A DNA stretch of 60,650 nt, the filler included, from Sphacelaria rigidula (taxonomy: Eukaryota), in the NCBI GenBank assembly GCA_964200075.2. It is 7 parts of 7 records of this genome, joined end to end, with 100 filler letters (N's around TTAATTAATTAA, not from the genome) between each part and the next. Parts side by side here need not be neighbours in the genome. Positions count along the whole stretch, not along the records: positions 17,359 to 25,937 come from CAXNAA020010716.1; positions 26,038 to 34,616 come from CAXNAA020010717.1; positions 34,717 to 43,294 come from CAXNAA020010718.1; 4 more parts are not named here. The stretch is one strand, 5' to 3'. Position 1 is the first letter of the stretch, and each line of letters begins with the position of its first letter. Shown piece by piece: positions 24,901 to 37,149 of this stretch. The notes below the pieces were generated by a model. The model worked only from the letters and a program-made list of their open reading frames with translations, did not search any database and had not been told where the DNA came from. Made by a program: the position numbers and the translations under genes.

Positions 24901-25450
24901 CTCTCATCACCGCATCCCCACGTTGCTTACCGATTTAGGGCATTCCAACAAGAGGGTCGCGATGCAGTGGATACGACCCGCCTGTCCCGATACCGAGAAG
25001 CTCGACCCGTTCTACGTAGCTCAGGGTCATGCCGTCGACTACGCGACGGAGGTCCACCGCGAACCTCCTCAGGCCGCGACTGAGAGCGATTATCCAGCAG
25101 TGGAAAGCTACCATGTCGACAAGGTGCATACTGAATGGACCGACGCCGGGACCAAGCTATTGATAGTTGCGCACGACGACCCCGATGCCGCGGGAATCAT
25201 CAAAGCCCATGAGCAACGAGGGCGGACAGAAAAGATACGAAAGGGTCAGACGAAATTCAGTCCCACATCGACCAAGGCCCTGCCCCGTGGGTGAGGCTTC
25301 CCGAGCTGGCTGCGGGAGAAAAGCAAACAGGCGAGAAACTATCTGGCCAGCGGTGTTTTCGAGCGAGTATTGGTCGAAAATCACTATGGACCCTTGATAG
25401 TGACATACGATAGTGAATTCCGCCCGTCCGAAGCGGCTCCACGCCAAGGG
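18977..25450 (+). mobile_element. Academ-like DNA transposon gene (Cys-rich region + DDE transposase + XPG/PIN-like nuclease), spliced, with premature stops
   Basis: ORFs 19704, 20322, 20703, 22365, 23910 and 24330 share one frame. Predicted introns are 21864-22433 (phase 0) and 24652-24938 (phase 1). Motifs in order: DNGDF, GDEETF, WLRIYVGDWHLL, NFRVAH, RTGNFLLRL..MASIF..KDRY, GLDDRQENANRFLK, then HAVDYA and IVAHDD..IIKAHEQRGR. The 5' limit is approximate. Confidence 0.7.
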
Positions 25451-25937
25451 TTTCGGTGGAAGAAATGGCAGTGGTGTTGGCGGCGGTGGCGGCGGAAGAA
25501 GTGGCGATGGCGGCGGCGGCGGAAGAAGAAGAGGCGCTGGCGACGGCGGCGGCGGTGGTACCGGGCGCAGGAGGGGCCGCGACACCGGCGGTGATTGTGG
25601 CATACGCGGTAGGACGCGTTGATGCTCTGGGAGGCACAGAGCGGGCCCAGCAGTGGGATGCGACAGTGATGATGGGCGAGCTGCCTGGGGGGGCGGTGGA
25701 CACGGAAATGGCGGTAGAGGCGTCGAGTGCGAGTGGTTACGGTGATAGTGTTTCGATGGGGGCCAGCGGGTGCAATTCAGCGGCGGCATCGGTCGGGGGA
25801 TGTACTCATGATCATGCTTGCCATAGTCATCAGACCATTGGCATCGGTCGGGGGGGGGGGGGGGGGCGGGGGGTTCCGGGGGGGGGGGCGGCTGCGGCGG
25901 GCGGGGGTGTGGGTTGCAGGGCTCTGGCAGGGGCGCC

Positions 25938-26037
25938 NNNNNNNNNNNNNNNNNNNNNNNNNNNNNNNNNNNNNNNNNNNNTTAATTAATTAANNNNNNN
26001 NNNNNNNNNNNNNNNNNNNNNNNNNNNNNNNNNNNNN
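25938..26037. other. artificial contig linker
   Basis: N44-TTAATTAATTAA-N44. Confidence 0.98.
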
Positions 26038-28780
26038 AGCTGGGGAGTCCCTCAACAGCATTTAGACGCTGCAGTACTAGCAGACCTGCTAGCGTCACAC
26101 TATCTGTTTCTGTAATCCTTCTGCTGTTCCTGAAACACCCAAAAAATCATCCGCGAACATCAAATTTTAATACCATATCTTCACCCACTTGACTCCTTGC
26201 TTTACTACTTCTATTGCTAGTACCAGTTCATTGATAAATGCCTTGAACAAAGTGGGTGGTATCGTACATCCTGGTGCAACTCCTTGTAAATTTAAAAATA
26301 TTTCGATATTTCCCCGTCCAGCATCGTAGCGCTTTTGGCACATTCTGCCATCTTCTTCACCATTCTCCACATCTTTCCTCTGATCCCAGCCTCCCACGAC
26401 GTTTTCCACAACCCATTTCTCCATACTATGTCATAAGCCTTTTGCACGTCCCGAAAGAAACAGTACGTTGTCAACCCGGCGTCTTTCCTACCTTGAACAA
26501 TCTTACCAAGTGTGTGTACATGGTTTACGCAACTATGGTCTGGTCTAAATCCTGCTTGTCCCTCGCTATTTTTTCCCTCTTTTTCTAGCACCGTTCCCAC
26601 TCTATTGTTTAGAATCATACATAATGTTTTCCCTACCGTGCCCATTAGCGTTATCCCTCTATAATTCCCTGGGCCAGCCTTGTCTCCTCTTTCGAGAAGG
26701 TTGACCACTCCTTTTCTCCACCTCTTGGGTGTGCACTCGTTTCCCCAGATCCAGGTATACAGCATATCCATCATGGTGATCATCCCCCGTACTTGAGGTT
26801 TTCATTCACCATCCCGCCTACCCCAGCTGCTTTCTTGTTCTTGAGTCTAGCAACGCACTTCTTTTCTTCATCTCTGGTAAAGTCTCCCTGCATTTTCTTC
26901 TACCCACTCGTTGATCACTTTCTCGAACCCCGTGTCGAACTTCGTCTTACTTTTTGGTGTTCCTAGTTTACGGCAGTGCTCGACAAGCACTTCTCTCTTC
27001 CCCTTCGAACTACTGACCATTTTACTGTCCCGTGCCCGTAGTGTAGCTATCCCGTTGTCTATTTTTATCGTTCAGTTTTCAAATCCCTTTCGTCACTACC
27101 CACATTTTCTTCATTCCGCCATCGAAATCTTCATTTGGTTTATTTAGTACATCTTCGCATGCCTCCTTTTCTTTCTTCTGCACAATCTTCTTCACTTCCT
27201 TTCGAGCTTTGATATACTTCTCCCATCCTACCGTACTTTTGCTCGACATCCATCTCGAGTGGGCCTCTCTCCTTACTCGTATAGCCCCTTTCGCTTCCTC
27301 ATCCCATCATTTCACTGCTCTCTTGCATACAATGCGTTTCTTCCCTATGACTTTACTCGCTGTGTTCTCGACCATCTGCTCCCATCCTTCTATGATCTTC
27401 GCCCCTGCCCGATTTCTTTCCATTTCGGTATCAGCTGTACCTACGCGTTCCAACGGCTCAGAAAATTTCACTGCATTTTGGGCCATCACTTATTGGAACT
27501 CGTGCTGTTTTTTTTCCTATCTAGTTTATCGATTCTCCATTTGTACAATTTCCTACCCCGCCTATTTCTTCAACTCTCGTCTGTTGGCTATCTGTTCATA
27601 TTAGGCAGTGATCTGAAGTTGCCATGCCCTCCGCGCACACATGTACTTCCACTTCTATACTATTTCCATGCCCCACCAGTATATAGTCAAGAGCGGAGCA
27701 TTCTCTCTCTTCTTCGCGGTTTCTAGCCCACATCCATTGCGCTTCTGGCTTTTGTACCCTTCCATTGAGCGTCTTCATCTCATTATTCTGAAGGAACTTG
27801 AGCATTTCTACTCCATTCGCCTTCTTCGCATCTCCCCCGTATTGCCCAATGATATCATGCGGTTGACCCGTTTCCTACCCTTGCACTGAAACTCTTCTTG
27901 GAACTCTTGCTGTTTTTCTTTCCTATGTAGTTTATCGATTCTCCATTTGTACAACTCCCTACCCCGCCTATTTCTTTTAGCTCTCGTCTGTTGGCTTTCT
28001 GTTCATATTTGGCAGTGATCTGAAGTTGCCACGTCCTCCGGGCATACCTGTACTTCCATTTCTTTACTATTTCCATGCTCCACCACTATATAGTGAAGAG
28101 CGGAGCATTCTCTCTCGTCTTCGCGGTTTCTAGTCCATGTTCATTGCGCTTCTGGCTTTCGTACTCTTTCATTCAGTGTCGTCAGCTCGTTATTCTCAAC
28201 GAACTTGAGCATTTCTACTCCATTCGTGTTCTTCGTATCTTCCCCGTATTGCCCGATGATATCATGCGGTTGACCTGCTCTTCCTACCCTTGCACTTAAA
28301 TCTCCCACTGATATTACTTTTCCTTGCCCTTTATACTTCTGTACATCTGCTGCTATGTCTCCAAGTCTCCGTTGTATATCGTGTACCCTACTCTTCGGTT
28401 CCGGGGGCATTTAGATGTCGCTACGAAGAAGCTCTTCGTTCCCCGCTCTCTTGGTACCCTTGTCCGTATGCTCCCGTCGAATTTCGTGTCATCGATCACT
28501 GCGATAATGTCACACTGGTGCTTTTTGACTAAAAACCCTTCTCCCCCCGCTCCCCTGCTCTTGGACTTCTCTCCCTCTCGCTTTTCCCCTATCCATGCGT
28601 ACTCTTCAGCTTTGCATTCTTTTTCTGCCCCCTCTTTCTCCCACGCCTCTTGGATTCCTACTATGCCTAGGTCGCGGTTTTTACTTGTTGGGTAATCTCT
28701 GTTCTCTTGCGCTTTTCTGTGACGAGTTCACACACGTTCCGCGATCCTGTTCTTAACTTTCGTCTCGAATCATTGTCTGC
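26038..28780 (-). mobile_element. decayed non-LTR retrotransposon (LINE) ORF2: APE endonuclease + reverse transcriptase
   Basis: Endonuclease motifs GSRNV, VGIQE, VGDLSARVG, LDYILV, SDH; RT motifs NYRGITL, QAGFR, DVQKAYD, GVAPGC..PTLF, MFADDF (~26145-26160). Many frameshifts; cut by the contig edge. A purine-rich upstream region (possible ORF1) runs to ~29300. Confidence 0.92.
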
Positions 28781-30244
28781 TCTCCTGTTGTCTACTATTC
28801 TCTCTCCGTCGCTTTTACTTCTACTTTCGCTTGCTTGAGTGTCCTTCTCGCTCCGGGTTGGTCTTTGTCCATTTGCTCCAGGCCGCTATGTCTTCTCCCT
28901 TTCTCCTTCCGGGCACTTACCTGTTTCTGGCTCTCTTTCCCTCCGCTTACCCCTAGACTACGTCTCAGGTTTGCTGTCCCATTAGCTATGCATACCCTCC
29001 ATCGTACCCTTGTAACCCATGTCGACACCTTGCTTGTTTCTATCCTTTCCCACTCCTTGCTCCCGCCATATTTTAGTGTGACTTGGAAGTGTTCTCCCTC
29101 CCTTTCTACTTTTTATCTTGCCAAACAGTATAATCCAACTTCATCGCATTTCCTCTTAAACCCTATCCTTGGCATATCGCTACGGACTCCGAATACCAGC
29201 ACTACTAGTACTTTACCCGTTCACTCTTTACTTCTCCATCCCGCCCTTCCTTACCGTCTCTCTCTCAACTTGCTCCGAGAGAATCTCCAGCTTATTCGTC
29301 TCAAGTGTGTTGGTGAGATGAAGTCAACGTACTGGGACATCCCAATCCTAGTACTTGTTGGGGGTCTGGACTCCTTCACTTCTTTTGCTGGCTCACCGAC
29401 ACTAAATATTGCCCCCAACATGGGCTCGTAGCCTGAAGCCAAGGTCAACACTTTTGACACAAATACCCCACGTTTGTGCCAAGCGATCTTCATGGTAAAC
29501 CATCCAGGCGTCCCACGATCGTATTTCCTATCTTTTTGCCCCCCTGCACAAGTTACTTTCCTCCAGGGAGGTCATTTTCACTGTGTAAGGTTGAAGGACG
29601 GCTTGCATAACACAAGATCTCACTCACATCGAGATGTCCCGTACATCACTCTTCCACTCCGTGTAGGATTCACCATAGGTCGCCACTCCACTGATGCTTC
29701 CGAGTAGACCTTCGTTGCCGAAAGCTTGGCCAACGATTCCCCCTCCCTTTGTACCAGCTTCTATCCTTCAAGATCTCTAAAAGTCCACGTATCGCTTGGT
29801 GCTCCTTCTCGTAGATCATGTGGTCGGCCATTAGTAAGGTCTTTGTTTCATGAGTGCAGTGGGTCTTGATGTTCATGTCATGCCTTATCCACCCCTTCTT
29901 TTCAATTGGCGCTTTTTGCACCTAATTTCGGAAATTCCAGGACAATGGCTGACCTGATTATCATCGCCTACTGTGAGCAGGTAAGGTTTTACGGGTATCC
30001 CATCACGAGACTCGAGCTTCCATGTGACTTTGACATGGAGGGAGTGATGACCCTACCCTATCCGTACTGGCTATGTATTTTGTATTATCGATTTGCATGT
30101 GAGGTGTTCAACCTTCACGCTGTTGCTTACCTGTCTTGGTTTTGGTTTCATTCTGGTCTTACTTCTGGTATGATAGGAAGGGGAGAATCTCGGTTATTTC
30201 CCGTTTTGATGCGGGAAACTAGATCTGTATATTCTCGCTACTTT

Positions 30245-30965
30245 AGGTCTATATCCGTGCTGTGTTATGGTGGATTGAAGAAAAAGCAGGTTCAGCTTTT
30301 CTATTTTATCTTTATCTCCAGGCTGTATCATGGTACGTTCAAGAAGAGGATGGTGAGCTGCTTCATTCCATGTCTATGTCCGGGCTGTGTTTTGGTAGGT
30401 TAAAGAAAAGGCAGGGTTAGCTTCTCTATTTCCTGTCCATGTCCGGGCTGTGTTCTGGTAGATTAAAGAAGAAGCAGGGCTAGCTTCTTGATTTCATGCC
30501 GATGTCCGGACTGTGTTATGGTAGCTTAAAGAAAAAGCAGGGCTAGATTCTTCATTTTATGTCTATGTCCGGGTTGTGTTATGGTAGGTTGAAGAAAAAG
30601 CAAAGTTAACTTCTCTATTCCGTGTCTATGCCCGCGCTGTGTTATGGTAGGTTCAACAAAAAGGATGGTTGGCGTCGTCATTCCATGTCTACACCCGTGC
30701 TGTGTTATGGTAGGTTAAAGAAAAAACAAGGTTAGCTTTTTCATTCCATATCTATGTCCGGGCTGTGTTATGGCAGGTTGAAGAAGGAGGATGATTAGCT
30801 TCTTTATTTTGCGTCTATTTCCAGGCTGTGTTATGGTAGGTTAAAAGAATGGGCTAGTTAGCTTTTTCATTCCATGTCCATGTCCGTGCTGTGTTTTGTT
30901 AGGAAAGATAAAAGGGATGGTTTGCTTCTCTCCTTCGTGTGTATATCCGGGCTGTGTAATGGTAG
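30245..30965. repeat. satellite, ~12 copies of a 63-bp unit
   Basis: TGTCCGGGCTGTGTTATGGTAGGTT-like anchor at 30377, 30440, 30503, 30566, 30629, 30692, 30755, 30818, 30881 and 30944 (period 63), plus two upstream copies. Confidence 0.92.
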
Positions 30966-31817
30966 CGGAAACAAAAAAAAGGCAGCGGCGAGACATTAAA
31001 CGTGTGCAGGAGAAAACAAAAAAACTTGAGTGGTTCATCGCCCACCAATCCTGGACCCCTCGGGCGCTTGGTGTCTTTTCGGGAAAACATCGTCGGTTGA
31101 CTTTCTACGCCGGTAACCCCAGCGCTGCGGAACAGCTGGGTAGCTCCTCTTTTCGTGCGCAAGTTCAGCGTCGATTCAGGGTTCCATCTGTACTATTTTA
31201 TCTCTCGCCCGAAGGAAAGTAAACATATGCAATTAGCTGTCGGCTTCTAGAATTTTGATCTCCACACTCGATGTCGATCGTCGGTACTGTGTCAGATTCT
31301 GTCAGTAGCCTTGCGCTAACCCTCCCCTACGAAGAAAACTAATAAAAGGAGGCCTGGCCAAAAACAAGGTACATATTTCTTGAGCCGTTTCTGAAACATT
31401 TTGGGGGTACAGTACGTGGTGCGCGCGTGGTTTTGCCGTGCCCAAAAGATGAGTGATGGACGTGTCTCGATTCCCTTTGAAAACTTGCGGCAATAGTCTG
31501 GCGCAAGTACGGGCAATATGGCTCTCACGGGTTATCGCAAAATTCTGGGAAAAGACACATTCGGTGAATGACGCTCGTGATGGGTAGCTGCTATTCTGGT
31601 TGACTGCTGTCTAGTAAAAGGGACCAACGGTAATGTGAACGGGGGCCAGGCGTAGCTGAGGCCGTCGTCAACCAAAGATGCGCTAGAGCAGGTCTGTAAG
31701 AACACTGCGCAGATTCGTATAAATGCGATTCAACAACATGGGAAAGACCTGTCAGCTAATGGCATGTGAAACTCTCGGAACACCCCCCGTCCCCCCAGCC
31801 CCCACTCCCCACTCCCT

Positions 31818-31880
31818 CTCGAAGGGGATGCGTGGTCAATGGTCAAGCAACTATGGCAAGCAACAAATGAGTACCCCCCG
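31818..31880. mobile_element. solo terminus of the 16751 MITE family
   Basis: CTCGAAGGGGATGCGTGGTCAATGGTCAAGCAACTATGGCAAGCAACAAATGAGTACCCCCC aligns with 16751-16815. Confidence 0.7.
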
Positions 31881-32077
31881 CCCCCTCACCCCCGCACGCT
31901 CCCTTGTCAATTGAGACACAATCCGGTCAAAAAGAGGACGACGATAACTCGTAGAAGTCCCTGGAAATTCATCGTCATCTCTCCTTTCAAAAATACGTTG
32001 GAGACATCGGTGAGGCCGATGCGGTCTCTCTGATGCCTGCATTGCAGGTTCGGTCCGCTATACAAAACAAACTCGCT

Positions 32078-32692
32078 TGAAAAGCTTGCTGCAGATGAGT
32101 GGAGATCCGTCCTTCGACTTCCTGGATTTCGAGGACCTGTTGAAATACCGCTTCAGCATCGCGCCTCTGCTCATGTACGTGCGGTCTACCCATTGGACTG
32201 TTTCATCGACAACGCTTTCGGAAACCGACGACTCGCGTTCAGCGATGGACCTGGTTTGTAACTCCAGGTGGGCGGAAGAAAATATCAGGGCTCATCACCG
32301 GACTTCAGGACAGACGTGTCCGTATTGCTGTCGTCAAAAAGCAACGGAACGGGCACGGTTTCCAGTCGCTAAAATACTACAAAATCGAACGACATGGAAA
32401 TTTCTGTGGACTGACGGGACGAAGGGGGCGGGGATGGGACGGGAAGGGAAGGGACGGGATAGGACGGCAACTCCTGTCGCATCCCGTCCTCACGAGAATG
32501 TTCTCCTGCGACTTTCCTGTCCCGGCCCGTCTTCACGAGAACACCTATAAGCTCACCGAGACGAGCACGATGAGGACACACTTTTCTGCAGCAATGCCTT
32601 GACGTTCTCACCAAGAAACAGTCGCCACTTCTTAGGTACAACATCCGACAACAGCAGTTGGATCAACTCACGATCGCGGCAGGAAAACGGTT
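32078..32692 (-). CDS. two putative in-phase exons (32692-32557 and 32250-~32078) of an unknown gene or pseudogene
   Basis: TAG acceptor, PFSCRDRELIQLLLSDVVPKKWRLFLGENVKALLQKSVSSSCSS, CG|GTGAGC donor; then CAG|G TCC ATC continues SIAERESSVSESVVDETVQWVDRTYMSRGAMLKRYFNR. No family recognised. Confidence 0.4.
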
Positions 32693-34062
32693 CTATACCA
32701 AAGTCCCGTCACAAGCCCTGGTTACGGCAATTGTGACCGTTCATCCTTTCATGTTGAATATAAGTGGGAAACGGGCTGTGGAAGGGGTCAGGGTCTAGAA
32801 ATAGCTGGAATGAAGAACATGTGCCCACATCCCGCATATGATAATGTTTTCGGTATATTGACAGTCAAGCATTGATTGAGAGCGAGTTCTTTTACTCGCT
32901 CTAACTAACTTGACCATGTTTTCACTCGTCGTGTGCTTTCATGTTCCCGTAGCACTGTCGTGTGCTTACAGCTGCACGTCGATATCCTACTCAGGGATAT
33001 CAAAGGCTTGAGTGACAAGCTACTACAGAAGGTGTACCGGGCCTCGTGGACTGGAGGAGTATTTCGGAACTGACATGTTTCACTCATCAACAGATCGCTT
33101 CTCACTCTCAATCGGGTCCCAGACTCTCAATCTCACGAGAACATTGTGATTTACAATATATATACACACACATATATATATATGCTCAAGCTCCCGTCAA
33201 ATCGGAGAGGAATTTCCGTGAAATATACTGGGATTTCCACCGTGAGGACGGGACAGGGCGAGAAACCTTTACCCAAAGGATCCGGACGGGACGGGAACAC
33301 CTTCTCGTAGTCACCTAAACAACGGGAGAGGACGGCGGAAACGTGTCCCTGCAGTTACAAGAACAACAGGACGGGACGGGAACTCTCACCCTAGCCCTAG
33401 CACTAGTCCTAACCCTAAGATGCGGTGTGCATGAAGTGTTTCTGCGGTAGAGGTACACAATGTTCTTTCTGGGGATCTGCACTCTAGGAGCCTCTCGATG
33501 ACAAATATCTGGTCCTCAGTCTGGTATATTTTGGCGGCAAGCCTCAGAGAACGTTTGGACTACAACGTTCACCCCTACCTACCGTAGAATCACTGCGTAG
33601 ATACGAAGATTTGGAATTGTCGGCTTGCAGTGGTAATTTTCAAGGTCCCGCCCACAGGTCACTTGATTAATTTCTCTATGGAGCCAGGATATTTACCCAA
33701 CAAAATGCACACCATTCGAAAGCTACGGATCAGGGCTTTCGAATGAACCTACTTTTAGGTTTCACAGGCATGTTGGTGACGAGTTATGTTGAATATACCG
33801 TTTCGCCCAAAACGCGGGGAAAATAGTTAATAATGTCGATTTGCCGGGCCCCCACCACCTCTGTGAAATATATATGTGTATATATACATTTTTTTAATCC
33901 TCGCAAAAAACTGGTTCTGGATCACCTGGTTCTGAACCCGGTTATGCCTGGCTCGAGGTCGAAATTAATCAAGAAGCAAAAACAATATCCGGAGTACGAA
34001 AATATATGGGGGAAAAGTTGCTCTAGGGCCAATTTCGTGGGTTCGAGACCCGCCGCGAGCAT

Positions 34063-34102
<40 letters not shown>

Positions 34103-34616
34103 TTTTCCTCTTCCCCCCTCCTCTTTTCCCCCTCCCCCTTGGTTCCTGTTTCGTTCTCTTTTTCTTCTTTCTTCTTTTNNNNNNNNNNAAGGTTTTCTCG
34201 TGCCCTTTTCTGTTGTTTTGGCCCCCCCCCGGCCCTCCCCCCCCCCCCCCCCCCTCCCATTTTTTTTCGTTGTCTTTCAGGCGACTCGCTACTCTTTTGC
34301 GCCTTGCTGCGGGCGTTCCGATGTTATTTTATTTTCTTCAATTCGATCTCAGTCGAAAGTTATGGAGGGACAACCAAAATCGGGTCCTTGAAAATTACCA
34401 CTTTATCATCCTCAATGAAAGCTTCATCTTCAAGTTTGAAAATCGACTCCTTTTGCATGAGTTAGGGACGTTATAGGGGGAAATGGACCTCGTTTTGGTC
34501 CTTGGATCGCGGAAAAGTCAAGGGCGTCGCATTTGCTTTTCACAGGAGATAATCGAAATTAACAGCCGATTTTATATTTTGGGGTTCATACAAAATATGG
34601 GGCTGAAGTGGCACAT

Positions 34617-34716
34617 NNNNNNNNNNNNNNNNNNNNNNNNNNNNNNNNNNNNNNNNNNNNTTAATTAATTAANNNNNNNNNNNNNNNNNNNNNNNNNNNN
34701 NNNNNNNNNNNNNNNN
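34617..34716. other. artificial contig linker
   Basis: N44-TTAATTAATTAA-N44. Confidence 0.98.
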
Positions 34717-35677
34717 ATTGGCGGCCCTCGTGTGTGCTCATCCACAAAACAACTCACACATCTGGATCCCCCCCCCCCCCCCCCCCCCCCTTCACCCCCC
34801 CCTGGCAATTGTCGAGAAAAGCTGCCACAGAAATAAGTCGACTTACGTGGAATATTTCATTCTGGATTTCTTTTTTTAAAGCGGTCATTTCTTCGCGTTT
34901 GTTTTTCGTGCGATGTGTGCATGTGTGTGTGCCAATGACAGGTGCTCCCGTTCCCCCCCCCCCCCTCGGTTTGTTCTTATTTTCGGTTCTACCTATACCA
35001 TTCGCTCATGATTAGCCCTTAGGCTGCGAGGATAGGTTGTCCATCTGGATCATGCATAATTATTTCGAGTGAATTTATGCCAATTTAAGAGATGACATAC
35101 TCTCGCCGACTAAGAGTTAGCCATGTGGTCGCCAGGGTATGCGATCTGTTGAATCGGCATCACTTCCACTGATGAAATATGTGAAAATGAAGGCTAAAGA
35201 CCCTGATGAACAGGGTTTCCAATATCGAGGAGTGTTCGGTCATCTGCGTCCACAAGTCCTGCGGGGAGGGGGAGGATGTAATACTGTTGTAATCTTGAGC
35301 GAAGCCCGAGCTGTAACGCCCCCTTTACCACTCGGTGCATTGACCCTGTGGCGGAAACGGCTTGCCCGGGCTAGTGAGGGAGGCAATATATTATCATGTC
35401 GAGGGCAAAGATTGAGCCGCAACGCCTGATGTAGTGACCCCGCTGTAGTGGCGCAGCCACGCGATGGTGAAGCTCAAGCTGGGAGGGCACAGTCCGATAT
35501 CTCACGATGCCATGGTGTCAAAACAGAAGAAGTGCCGTTGTATACAGTGACACGGCATACCACTGACGTAGCTGCGGTTGTCCACTCGTGCATTTCATAC
35601 ATGAGATGCACTTGGCACCCCCACCTCAAAGCAATGCGCCTTCTCTATTTTTCCCACCCGGTGTGATCCTCACGAAG

Positions 35678-35758
35678 GCTGGATGAGTTGGTATCGCCCA
35701 CACCACACGGTGTGTACGGGGGCAAGGCAACTGTGTTGGAATCTTCAACATCGGTAAG
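35678..35758 (+). pseudogene. infB: organellar translation initiation factor IF-2, decayed exon (LDELVSPTPHGVYGGKATVL/IFNIGK)
   Basis: AAG acceptor and AAG|GTGAGG donor; needs a 1-nt frameshift near 35740 to read the IF-2-like G-x-A-x-V-x-x-x-F-x-x-x-K motif. Confidence 0.6.
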
Positions 35759-36408
35759 GTGAGGATTATAAAAGCGCAAATGTACAGTATCAGGTGGGAC
35801 TGCTTACTTGTATATATGTACGGTGTGGTGCAACAGTACCCAGCGTTGAAGCATACTTACATGCAACTGGTGACAGGAGCGATGGATGGCTTGTTCATGG
35901 CTGGAACCATTTGCCGCGTCCCCCCCGTCCCGTCCCATCTTTTCGCGTCCAGCAAAAACCCGGCGTGCTCCGTCCCGGCTTTGTAGGGATGCGAGGTCAA
36001 CGGTCTTATGACTATGGCATGTATGATCTTGAGTACAACTCCCCCTCCCATCTTTTCATCCTCAACATGAAAAAGATCGTTGGGCTGATATGGCCCCATC
36101 TGTCATGTCACCGAGCACGGCTTAGCTTGACTTGGCGTGTCGTTCATGGGGTGGTCTGTGCTACCGCTCAACCATTCTAAACCCGATTCACCCGCACGAC
36201 ATGTACCGTGCGGATGTATCACTCCGGACGGGTATTCTTTTATAAATGTATATATATATATATACATGGGGTGCACCACATACTGTGTACCTCTTGTGCG
36301 GTCGACAATAGTTGACCTGGTTGGATACCCGTCACCCACCTTCGTTCTCCCTCCATTGCCCCTCATGACGGGCTCGTGTGTGTGATTGTGTCCTTTGTTT
36401 GCAAAAAA

Positions 36409-36592
36409 GTGGGCAATATCGCGGGTAGCCCGGTGTTGGACTGTGTGATGAGCAAGGGCGGTAACGTGTTGGTGAAGCGGAGGGGGCGCATCCAGCATGA
36501 GGGCAAGCTGAAGACTTGAAAGAACGTCAAGTCGGATGTGCANNNNNNNNNNTGTGCAGGAGATGGTCGCTGGCACAGAGTGCGGTATCCAG
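36409..36592 (+). pseudogene. infB: IF-2 C-terminal domain exon (VGNIAGSPVLDCVMSKGGNVLVKRRGRIQHEGKLKT*KNVKSDVQEMVAGTECGIQ)
   Basis: Matches the IF-2 C2 pattern G.IAG..V...EG.L..LK..K.DV.E...G.ECGI. In-frame TGA at 36517; acceptor reads AA and donor reads ATGCGT. The 10-N gap has TGTGCA duplicated on both sides. Confidence 0.8.
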
Positions 36593-37149
36593 ATGCGTGT
36601 CTTGTTTTGGTGTGTTTCTTGTGCTTTTTGTGTGATGTTGAGTTTTGTTTTCTTCATCTTCTTCTCTGGTCGGTCACATACCGCGACAATGCGTAGTTCT
36701 TGTAGCTCATTCTTGGGCAGGAGGATAATGATCTATTTACTTATTCGTTGTGGCGTTTCGGGGTGCTTAATTTGAGTTGGTGGCGGCGCGTCCAAAAAAA
36801 CGTTTGTTGTTTGATTTTTTATATTTTCCCCTTGATTTTCCCCTCCATTTTCTTGATTTTTCATTTCAGCTAGTATTTCTATCCATTATGTAGTATTCAC
36901 CTTGGCGACACGGCTGGGTTTGTAGCGAATGGAGGCAGAACGTGTCACATCAATCCATCAAATCAATCAGGTAAACCTTGCACATCCTGGACAAAAGATT
37001 CCGTTATTAAAAAGAATACTGCGTACAATATGAAATCCATATTCTATTGCAATAGACGCAGTAGTCGATACTGTACTGTACGCGGTACATTTTTTTGACA
37101 ATGAAATATATTGTCACGGGTGTGAAAACTTGAGGTACTGCAGGCTGTC

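Noticed and set aside
20256-25294. Alternative genetic code (UGA=Trp) for contig 3
   Set aside because: TGG is used for Trp throughout and TAG stops also interrupt the frame.
30245-30965. CRISPR-like regular array
   Set aside because: The whole unit is homologous between copies, with no unique spacers and no cas genes, in a eukaryotic context.
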